Origin: a virus
Lineage: Duplodnaviria > Caudoviricetes
DNA length: 64,000 bases
Virus record (IMG/VR): IMGVR_UViG_3300020190_000004
Strand: one strand, 5' to 3'
The notes below the pieces were generated by a model. That model saw only the letters and a list, made by a program, of their open reading frames with translations, did no database searches and was not told the origin of the DNA. The position numbers were made by a program, and so were the translations under genes. Positions 55,800 to 63,655 of the stretch are shown in pieces. How positions within the stretch are numbered: position 1 is the stretch's first letter; each line of letters begins with the position of its first letter.

Positions 55800-56702
55800 T
55801 TATTGTTTTATTTTGTTTATCGTTTTTTGTACCGGGGAAGTCTCCATAGAAATATCACGAGACTTCCAGTAAGATTTTCCATAAGAGATAAAAATCTCTT
55901 CGCCTGGTTCAATATCCCGCAGAGCATAAAAACTGATTGTCTTTTTCTCTGTATTTATTTTCCAGTCAGCCATAGGTTGATTTCTATGATTATACAAAGA
56001 AGCATTCCCAAACGCAATAGCGTATAGAGAGTCGTCAAGTTTAAACACATAGTCCATAACAACAGTACCCGTTATCTGATCTTTTGGAATTACAAGAAGA
56101 GGAGCAACTTCAAAGCACTCACCATTCTTGATGTAATCTACACAGAAAACTCCAGCAGCATCTACACTAGATTTTCCAACGCCTATCTTGTCCCAGACTT
56201 TTACCGAAGCCGATCTTCGAAGTTTGCCTTGCGGTTCACTGATGTAAACTACTGAATTAACAGGTTCTTTCTTAGTATCACCGCCAAGGGATTCAAACGT
56301 CTTTTGAATCCTTCGAGTAATGTTATTCTTTTTTAATACTTCTTTAACTTGTTCGTCAAATTGACTGAATATCTGTAGCAGATCAGCGTTAAGAGTGTCT
56401 TGTCTATCTTCTATGATTTTTTCAATGTTTTTCATAGCAGATTGCTTAGATTCTTCAGTAGAATCCGCAAGATCATTTATGATGCTCATCTGCGTTACCA
56501 ACTCTTCATCAGCGGTAAACTTGTATGTAGTACCGCCTTTCGAGTAGAGTTCCATTACAACAGAACCTGTTGAGTCAGGGTTTCTTAAGGCATCAAAACT
56601 GATTGTTGGCGGCTTAAGACCTCCTCCGGTGAAGTCGAATTTAATCTCGCCTTCACGCTCAATCAGAGCTTCTGTAAGATATTCATAATAAGTCTTAATC
56701 AT
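55800..56702 (-). CDS. SET-domain protein-lysine methyltransferase with CTS-like tag
   Basis: MIKTYYEYLTE; SSVDAAGVFC, GNASLYNHRNQPM, ALRDIEPGEEIFISYG. Confidence 0.85.
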   Translation of the reverse strand: MIKTYYEYLTEALIEREGEIKFDFTGGGLKPPTISFDALRNPDSTGSVVMELYSKGGTTYKFTADEELVTQMSIINDLADSTEESKQSAMKNIEKIIEDRQDTLNADLLQIFSQFDEQVKEVLKKNNITRRIQKTFESLGGDTKKEPVNSVVYISEPQGKLRRSASVKVWDKIGVGKSSVDAAGVFCVDYIKNGECFEVAPLLVIPKDQITGTVVMDYVFKLDDSLYAIAFGNASLYNHRNQPMADWKINTEKKTISFYALRDIEPGEEIFISYGKSYWKSRDISMETSPVQKTINKIKQ

Positions 56703-59017
56703 TATTTCTTATTAGCCATGAAGTCTTCAAACTTCATTATTTTCCTTGGTGAAGCAGGTGCATCTTCTTCAGTTTTCTTGATGATCACTTCTTCTTCTTC
56801 CTCTTCCTTATCTTCGGGTTTGTCTTCAACCTTGTCCTCAGGTTTGTCTTCAACCTTGTCCTCGGGTTTGTCTTCAACCTTGTCCTCAGGTTTGTCTTCA
56901 ACCTTGTCTTCAGGTTTATCACTCGCCTCAGGTTTGTCTTCAACCTTGTCTTCGGGTTTGTCTTCAACCTTGTCCTCAGGTTTATCACTCGCCTCAGGTT
57001 TGTCTTCATCCTTGTCTTCAGGTTTGTCACTCGCCTCAGGTTTGTCTTCAACCTTGTCCTCAGGTTTGTCTTCAGGTTTATCACTCGCCTCAGGTTTGTC
57101 TTCAACCTTGTCTTCAGGTTTGTCACTCGCCTCAGGTTTGTCTTCAACCTTGTCCTCAGGTTTGTCTTCTTTTTTCTTTTCTTTATCGTCAGTAGTTTCA
57201 TCTTCTAAATCATCAAGAATATCATCATCTTTAGATTCAGTTACTTTACTGACTTTCATATTCATAAAATCTGAAAATTTCATAATGGTTTTGTTTGTTG
57301 TATTATTTATATTATTGATTTCTTCCTCAATAGAAGCCCAGAAACTTTCTGATTCTTCTCCTTCGCCAAGATTCTTACCACTTTTGATTTTATCGATAAG
57401 TTCCTTATAGCGTTTAATTTTGTCTTCATCACCTTTTTCTTCAGCCTTTGCAAGACCAGCTTCTGCTTTAGCAATTTTTTCTTTTTGCTTATCGCCAAGT
57501 TCTTCGGAATCTTCACCCTCTGGTTTTTCTTCCTTTGTTGCTGCCTTTAGATCTCCTCTTGCAACTTCTACAGCAGAACTAGCATCTTTTATACCTTCAT
57601 CATCACCTTCCGCTTCAGCCTTTTTTAATTGTTGCAATTTAATTTTTAACTCTATGGCCAAAACATCTGGGTGTTTTGAAGAATTTAGCTCTTCGCTCTT
57701 AGACTTTTTTTCGTCCTTTAATTTTTCAATTTCAGCATTTATAGCTTCAACCTCTTCGGCGTTAACTTCTTTCTTGTCAGATTCTTCTTCGCCGCCAGAC
57801 TTTGCTGTAGCTATTTTTTGTTTAACTTCGTTAGCCTTTAAGATAGGGCTGTATTGTTCTAGGTTATAATCTTTTAATTCAGGCTTTAAAGTATTAGATG
57901 TATAATACGTTTTCTTACCTTCTTCATTGCTAGGCACTTCTTCAATAGCGTTAGGATCAGCACCGCCTAATTCTAATACTTGTTTTGTTGCTGTTTTTCC
58001 TTTTACTTTATCCCACAAGGCTTTCTTTGCTTCAAAGAAAGCTGTATAAGCATCAATGTATTTGTCTGTTGCCGCATCTAATGTATCAAGAAGCCCTTTT
58101 CTATCTTCTGCTTTATCATCAGAAATCGCCATGATGTGAGAATAAACTTGACCTGGTGTTTTTGAATCACTGTCAGATTCAAGTATAGGATATTCCAACA
58201 AACCGTATTCAAGCATTAGCGTATTATAAGAAAAGTCAGAATCATCTCCTTCGATAAGCTTGTCAGCTTGAACATAAATGGTAGCTAGTTCGCCTCTTAC
58301 TTGTGCTAAAGGTCTACCTGTTTTTTGGATAGCTTCAATTTCGTTTTCACAAGAAAGCTTGTTAAGAATTTCAGCGTCTTCTTGATCGCTTTCTCCTTCT
58401 TGTTCAGCTTCTCCCAATGCTTCTTCTGCTTGTCTAGTGTCTTCCTCAGCTTGAGAAGCTTGTTCCGCCATTGCTTCAGCTCTTTCTTGTTTCCCTTCAG
58501 CATTAAGAACTTTTTCAAGTTTACTAAAACCTTCCTGTTTTGCCTTTTGGTCAGCCAATTTCATTTTCTTATTTATGATAGCATCTAAGTCAGGCACTGC
58601 TCTAAGTGCTTCTTTTTCTTCACCAATCTCATCTTTAAGATTGATTAGTGCATCACCAAGTTGCTGTTTGATTGTGTTTTGGCTATTCTTGAGTTTATCA
58701 ATTTCTGTTGCAATTTTTTCAAGCTTATCTTCCAAACCAGGTTTTCCGCTATCCCTTAAAGCCGCAATTTGTTTTTTCTTAGGTAAAATTTTTGCACGTA
58801 TAGTAGCGTCAATGCTATTGCTGTCTGCCTTTATTGCAAGTTGCTCATAATTACCTAATTTTGCGTAAGCTTTTCCGAATGCAACATACCCTCTAAGTTT
58901 TGCAAGAACTTCTTTGAAATTAAACTCTTCATTTAATTTCCCCAGTTCGATAAAAGATTGACTTTCAGATACGACATATTTCTTATTTGCCACATAGTCT
59001 GCAAATTTCATATTCAC
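56702..59017 (-). CDS. 771-aa acidic helical protein with C-terminal KPE repeats (putative prohead core/internal protein)
   Basis: MNMKFADY..., internal MKFSDF, terminal MKFEDF; directly downstream of the major capsid gene with a late promoter. Confidence 0.6.
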   Translation of the reverse strand: MNMKFADYVANKKYVVSESQSFIELGKLNEEFNFKEVLAKLRGYVAFGKAYAKLGNYEQLAIKADSNSIDATIRAKILPKKKQIAALRDSGKPGLEDKLEKIATEIDKLKNSQNTIKQQLGDALINLKDEIGEEKEALRAVPDLDAIINKKMKLADQKAKQEGFSKLEKVLNAEGKQERAEAMAEQASQAEEDTRQAEEALGEAEQEGESDQEDAEILNKLSCENEIEAIQKTGRPLAQVRGELATIYVQADKLIEGDDSDFSYNTLMLEYGLLEYPILESDSDSKTPGQVYSHIMAISDDKAEDRKGLLDTLDAATDKYIDAYTAFFEAKKALWDKVKGKTATKQVLELGGADPNAIEEVPSNEEGKKTYYTSNTLKPELKDYNLEQYSPILKANEVKQKIATAKSGGEEESDKKEVNAEEVEAINAEIEKLKDEKKSKSEELNSSKHPDVLAIELKIKLQQLKKAEAEGDDEGIKDASSAVEVARGDLKAATKEEKPEGEDSEELGDKQKEKIAKAEAGLAKAEEKGDEDKIKRYKELIDKIKSGKNLGEGEESESFWASIEEEINNINNTTNKTIMKFSDFMNMKVSKVTESKDDDILDDLEDETTDDKEKKKEDKPEDKVEDKPEASDKPEDKVEDKPEASDKPEDKPEDKVEDKPEASDKPEDKDEDKPEASDKPEDKVEDKPEDKVEDKPEASDKPEDKVEDKPEDKVEDKPEDKVEDKPEDKVEDKPEDKEEEEEEVIIKKTEEDAPASPRKIMKFEDFMANKK
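56808..57169 (-). repeat. Tandem array of 24-nt (KPEDKVED) and 18-nt (KPEASD) units
   Basis: 9 x KPEDKVED, 1 x KPEDKDED, 5 x KPEASD plus two partial units. Confidence 0.95.
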
Positions 59018-59038
59018 CTTGTATTTTTAAGATCCTTT

Positions 59039-59047
59039 GTATATATC
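59039..59047 (-). promoter_or_regulatory. Late-type promoter GATATATAC
   Basis: Upstream of ATG 59017. Confidence 0.65.
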
Positions 59048-59071
59048 ACCCAAGATGATTGAATGTAAAAC

Positions 59072-59099
59072 AAAAAAAGAGGATCCGAAGATCCTCTTT
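59072..59099 (-). terminator. Intrinsic terminator with UUCG loop after the major capsid gene
   Basis: AAAGAGGATC-TTCG-GATCCTCTTT followed by a T run. Confidence 0.9.
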
Positions 59100-59121
59100 A
59101 GTTTTATTCTTATGCTTAAGA

Positions 59122-61047
59122 TTAAGCAATAGAGACAGAGTTTGGTGCAGACCACCATGCAGCGTTACCGTCCTTAAGGTTAACCAAAAGGGTGAAGTAT
59201 TGAGTTTCAGGGTGGAAACCAGCTTCAACAAGAGCGTAGCGAGATTTAACCGCGATTTTAGGGCTCATTGTGCCTTCAGCGATAGTCTGAATAGATTCAG
59301 CCATCAAGTAAGGCATGAATTTCAATCCTGGCTCTTCGTCAGCACCTTTACGTCCTACAAGGATACGAGTATCATCATAGTTCATGTTAGGGTCAACGTA
59401 GATAGTCAAACCAGCAAGAGTTCCTAATGGATAAAGAGCTCCGTTGTTTTGGTTAACTGTGTTAGCCAATGGATAGAAAGTAAATTGAGCACTGTCTTGA
59501 AGAGCAGTAGCCATTTGCAAGTTAGTAACTACGAAGTTACCTGGACCACGACGACCGCGTTGTGCAATCACGTTAGCAGCAGCTAAGATTTTAGATTGTA
59601 CACGACGTTGGATAGTTCCTTGGTTTTCAAATGCAGCTGATGAACCACCGTAGAGTTGGAATGCTGGGACTGTAATTGTCACCAATGCACCAGTTTGTCC
59701 GATGAACTGCGCAGATGTAACCGGAGTAGCACCAGTAGATAACTGCAAGTTTAAGTTAGTACCTTCAACGCTTGCAAAGTTAGAGTGGTTTTGCCATCCT
59801 AATGCGAATGCACGAGAAAGGATGTGCTTGTTGATAGATTGAGAAATCTCGTTTACAAGAGCGTTTTCCATCATCGATACCACATCGATTCCGTACTGAC
59901 GGTTCAAGTCTTGAATTTGCTCAGTTGTTACTTGTGCAGCAACTTGGAAAGTCTCAGCTTCTACGAACTTAGTGAAAGCTTGTAAGCCCATAGTTCTGTA
60001 GTAAGAAGTCTCACCAACACCGCGACGCATTGGCTCGTAAGCGTAACGACCGTCAGTAGCATTACCAGAGTACTCTTCATCGTCGTTTGGTCCTGAACCA
60101 GCGAATCCTTGGATGTGATCTTCAAGACCACGAACCAATTCAGCATAAAATTGTGTTGCAGCAGCAGCGTTGAAGTTGTTAGCAGCAGCGTTTGCTGGAA
60201 CTGTAACAGTCCATGCAGTACCGCTACCACCAGCAATCGTTGCTATCGGGAATACATAAGTTATTGCAGGACTACCAATTACTTCATAGAAATTAACAGT
60301 TTGTGTGCTAGCACTTTGAGGAGAAAGGTCTGTTAGGGCGACAGTACCTGCCGCTGCAGGGATCGTAACGTTAAGACCTTCACCTACTACGTTAAAGATT
60401 GGAAAACCGTCAATGCGAGACAGACCTACGAACTGTACAAGAATTGCTTCAGCGTTTGCGGCGGAGTTATCTCCCGTTGATAAGAGGTAGTAAGCACCTG
60501 TTGTTACAAGTCTCCACAAAGCTGACGTATTCAAGTTAGCGCCAAAACCTGTTGGGTTCAACTTAAACAATTTGAACTTGTCGGTGAAACGAGAAGAGTT
60601 TGCTACAGCAGTACCACCGATAGCAGGGTTTGAGTTACCAAGACCTGGAGCAAATGGATCACGTCCACCAGCGTATACGTAGTCTAAGTAAGTAAGAACT
60701 CCTGAAGGGCCGTTCATAGGAACAACAGATACGATGTCGAATCCAATTGTACGAGCGGCAACCTGAATTGCAAGTGGCAACAAAGATGGGAATTTATCGC
60801 CTGATCCTTTTGAACCAGCTCCGTAGAAGTTAGCAGCACCACCAGCTACAGTAGAAGCTGGAGTAACGTTACCCATTCCTGGAGTGTTGAAAAGAGATGC
60901 TTGAGGGTATGAAAAGCCCTCGTTTAATGAGTGGTAGTGAGCATATTTACTCATCCACTTTAATTTGTTTGATTCATTGATTCCGGTTTTTTCTTCGATA
61001 ATCGGAGACCATGTTTCAAACACCTGTGCTTCGTTTAAAAGTTGCAT
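59122..61047 (-). CDS. Major capsid protein, T4 gp23-like, with a large insertion
   Basis: LLPLAIQVAARTIGFDIVSVVPMNGPSG, LNRQYGIDVVSMMENALVNEISQSINKHIL, RRGPGNFVV, FMPY, PKIAVKSRYAL. Confidence 0.93.
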   Translation of the reverse strand: MQLLNEAQVFETWSPIIEEKTGINESNKLKWMSKYAHYHSLNEGFSYPQASLFNTPGMGNVTPASTVAGGAANFYGAGSKGSGDKFPSLLPLAIQVAARTIGFDIVSVVPMNGPSGVLTYLDYVYAGGRDPFAPGLGNSNPAIGGTAVANSSRFTDKFKLFKLNPTGFGANLNTSALWRLVTTGAYYLLSTGDNSAANAEAILVQFVGLSRIDGFPIFNVVGEGLNVTIPAAAGTVALTDLSPQSASTQTVNFYEVIGSPAITYVFPIATIAGGSGTAWTVTVPANAAANNFNAAAATQFYAELVRGLEDHIQGFAGSGPNDDEEYSGNATDGRYAYEPMRRGVGETSYYRTMGLQAFTKFVEAETFQVAAQVTTEQIQDLNRQYGIDVVSMMENALVNEISQSINKHILSRAFALGWQNHSNFASVEGTNLNLQLSTGATPVTSAQFIGQTGALVTITVPAFQLYGGSSAAFENQGTIQRRVQSKILAAANVIAQRGRRGPGNFVVTNLQMATALQDSAQFTFYPLANTVNQNNGALYPLGTLAGLTIYVDPNMNYDDTRILVGRKGADEEPGLKFMPYLMAESIQTIAEGTMSPKIAVKSRYALVEAGFHPETQYFTLLVNLKDGNAAWWSAPNSVSIA

Positions 61048-61079
61048 AGTTTTTTAATAGTTTTTTTGTGTTTGATTTT

Positions 61080-62939
61080 TTAGTTGTTAAAGCGTTTGCC
61101 TAAACTTTCAGAGATTGCTGACAAGTAATCGCTTGAGTAACCAAGTGCGTTTGCTGCCTTAGCTGCTTCAACGCGAGCACTTTCATTAATTCCTGAAGTT
61201 TCTTCAGCTGGTTTGCCTAAACCACGTGTTTGCCAGAAGTTTTTAATTTGGTAAGAAGATTCCAATCTGTACATCTTTGCTTGACGAGTAATACGATCTT
61301 TCATATCAGCAGAAGAACTTTCCCAAAGCGGTAAGTATTCAACTGGCATTTCAGATAGCCATTTCTCGTTTACTTCAACAGATGCAAGAGCAGTTTCCCA
61401 TACTTTACTAATTCTTTCTTCGTCAAATGATGGGTTTTTGTCCAGCGCGTTTGCGACCCTTTTCTTATCGGTCTCACTCAAAGCAAAAAACTCGGCTTTC
61501 TTAGATTCGCCAAGGAATTGCGTGAACGGATAACCACTGTTTTGATTTTTCATCTCTGTCTTTTGTTTTTGGACAGACTCAAGAACAGCTTGAATTTTAT
61601 TGTCTAATGAAGCGTAACGCCCCATGATGTTGTTTTCTTTAACCGCGTTGTTTAACATTCCGCGATCTTCTTTATCTTCAGATACATCAGCAGTTTTTCC
61701 ATCGGGTTTAATTGAACCGTGATTTTCAAACATGTACTCAGCGTATTCTGTAAGATTTTTAAAGTCTTCTTGTGAAGCAGCGTTTTCAGCTAAATACTCA
61801 CTGTAACGGATAGCGTTATCTGCGTGTTCAGCGATATGCTCTGAATATGAAATACCTTGGTCAAGTTTCTCAGCGATGTGCTCAGCGTAACCAATAGTCT
61901 GATTCATCTTTTCAGACAAGTACTCACCGTAACGAATGCTTTCATCAACTTTACCGGCTACGTACTCTATGTATTGTACACCGTTGTCAGATTTCTCAGC
62001 AACCATTTCGCTGTATTGAATTCCGCGATCTGCTTTTTCAGCAACGTATTCTGCGTAAGCAATGCCTTGTCCAAGCTTTTCAGCTAGATAGTTAGAATAA
62101 GAAAGAGCTTTGTTTTGAGCTTCAGCAAGGTAGCTTGCGTACTTCTTGATGTTATCGAGCTCTTCTTCCAATTGACTAATTTTTTCGTTTGTGTCGTTGC
62201 TTTCAGAAATTTTAGACAAACGATCATTGATCTTTTGAATCTCTTCTTTAAGAACCAATGAGTATTTGTTCATTTCTTCAACCGATACAAACTCTGTATT
62301 TGTTTTTTCCATGTTATTTTTGTTTGTTTTTTCTGCGGTTTCAGTATATATCTCTTCTTTGAAAGCTTCCAAGAAAGCTGGAAACTCTGTAGTTACATCG
62401 TAAATAGCAACAGTGTCATCGTGATTGTCGAATCCAAAGCTTTCATTTACTTTGCTAAGCTGTGCGTTCTCAAAACCAGGATCAGCTACAAGATCATAAG
62501 TAAAGATTCTCTTGATTTGTACTTTCTTGTTTTCTCCGACTACACCAGCTGCGCGTGAAGAGATTGAAATAGGAACACCTGTGTCAACCAAATTTTTAGC
62601 GATTTGGCCAGAAGGTGTATCAAGAAGTTTAATTCTTCCAACGATTTGACGTTTCTTAGCGTCGTATTTAACATCCTCTACGAGGTGAGAAACTTTTGAT
62701 AGCGAGATATCAAATTTATCTGGGTGGTCAAGTTCTCCTAATAGGCGATTCTCCTGAATCTTCTTTTTAAGATAATCTAAGTGAGGCAGGTATTCCTTTT
62801 CTTCATAGATCCTGTGATTGTTGTTTTCCACTCCGAACTGCGCAAAGACGCCTTCAAGAACGTACTCATCATTAGTCTTATTTACGTTTAGGTTTTCCCC
62901 AGAACGCTCAAGAATCATTAATAATTTTTTGTTACTCAT
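61080..62939 (-). CDS. Prohead protease (gp21-like) fused to prohead core scaffold (gp22-like)
   Basis: LEGVFAQFGVENNNHRIY, GELDHP, ISSRAAG, TYDLVADPGF; C-terminal 14-residue coiled-coil repeats. Confidence 0.88.
   Translation of the reverse strand: MSNKKLLMILERSGENLNVNKTNDEYVLEGVFAQFGVENNNHRIYEEKEYLPHLDYLKKKIQENRLLGELDHPDKFDISLSKVSHLVEDVKYDAKKRQIVGRIKLLDTPSGQIAKNLVDTGVPISISSRAAGVVGENKKVQIKRIFTYDLVADPGFENAQLSKVNESFGFDNHDDTVAIYDVTTEFPAFLEAFKEEIYTETAEKTNKNNMEKTNTEFVSVEEMNKYSLVLKEEIQKINDRLSKISESNDTNEKISQLEEELDNIKKYASYLAEAQNKALSYSNYLAEKLGQGIAYAEYVAEKADRGIQYSEMVAEKSDNGVQYIEYVAGKVDESIRYGEYLSEKMNQTIGYAEHIAEKLDQGISYSEHIAEHADNAIRYSEYLAENAASQEDFKNLTEYAEYMFENHGSIKPDGKTADVSEDKEDRGMLNNAVKENNIMGRYASLDNKIQAVLESVQKQKTEMKNQNSGYPFTQFLGESKKAEFFALSETDKKRVANALDKNPSFDEERISKVWETALASVEVNEKWLSEMPVEYLPLWESSSADMKDRITRQAKMYRLESSYQIKNFWQTRGLGKPAEETSGINESARVEAAKAANALGYSSDYLSAISESLGKRFNN
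62344..62352 (-). promoter_or_regulatory. Internal late-type promoter GATATATAC ahead of in-frame ATG 62312 (nested scaffold)
   Basis: Exact motif, then A-rich leader AAAAAACAAACAAAAATAAC-ATG, at the protease/scaffold junction. Confidence 0.6.
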
Positions 62940-62970
62940 TGTTGACAGATTTACTTTTTCTAATCTTATT

Positions 62971-62979
62971 GTATATATC
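62971..62979 (-). promoter_or_regulatory. Late-type promoter GATATATAC
   Basis: Upstream of the protease gene. Confidence 0.65.
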
Positions 62980-63013
62980 CACTACATTATTCTGGTTTCA
63001 AGAATAATTGTTC

Positions 63014-63655
63014 TTACTTTTTAAAGATGGCGCGAATCACCACTGGGTTTCTTTCGCCAAACGGGGCCAGGTCAGCGGATTGTTGAATAAACTCGGGGCG
63101 GTAACCTATTGTTTTAACTCTTGAGACAAAATCTTCAAGTACGTTAAAGCGACGGTAGTGCCCATCGTATATCCATTCGTAGTCACTAATCTTTTCTCCT
63201 CGCTCGCAGATCTCATCATAGTTGGAACGCGTCTCAACCATAAAAACTCCTCCTTCGTTTAGCATTTCATATACATTGCTAAGAACGGTGTTTTCTGAAT
63301 CTTGGTCTACACTGTGAAGAGTAAAGCGTGAATAGATGACATCATATTTTCCGCTTTTGAGCTCCGTAAAGTCTGCACAGAAATAATCTACAGCAGTTTC
63401 TTTTCTTTGTAATTCACTGATTGATGTTTCCGACAGATCGCAAGCAGTAACATTATGCCAAAGGGCTAGATGCTCTGAGTCTCTTCCGTTTCCACACCCG
63501 ATTTCTAATATGTTTACTTTTCTACCGTTAAAGATCTCGTTAATCTTAGCGCTGCAAAATGTTGCAAAATGTGAAGGAGTAGATATCTCAGATTTGTGCT
63601 GATTCTTCTGGTAGTAATTGTTCCAGTAGTTTTTATCTTTTATGTGTGCGTTCAT
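63014..63655 (-). CDS. Class I SAM-dependent methyltransferase
   Basis: ILEIGCGNGRDS, DVIYSRFTLH, LNEGGVF. Confidence 0.88.
   Translation of the reverse strand: MNAHIKDKNYWNNYYQKNQHKSEISTPSHFATFCSAKINEIFNGRKVNILEIGCGNGRDSEHLALWHNVTACDLSETSISELQRKETAVDYFCADFTELKSGKYDVIYSRFTLHSVDQDSENTVLSNVYEMLNEGGVFMVETRSNYDEICERGEKISDYEWIYDGHYRRFNVLEDFVSRVKTIGYRPEFIQQSADLAPFGERNPVVIRAIFKK

Noticed and set aside
56808-57169. CRISPR array
   Set aside because: Units are contiguous in-frame coding repeats with no unique spacers.
56718-57869. Plus-strand and alternate-frame repeat ORFs (SSGLSSTL, KTNLRTRL)
   Set aside because: Other frames of the KPE tandem array.
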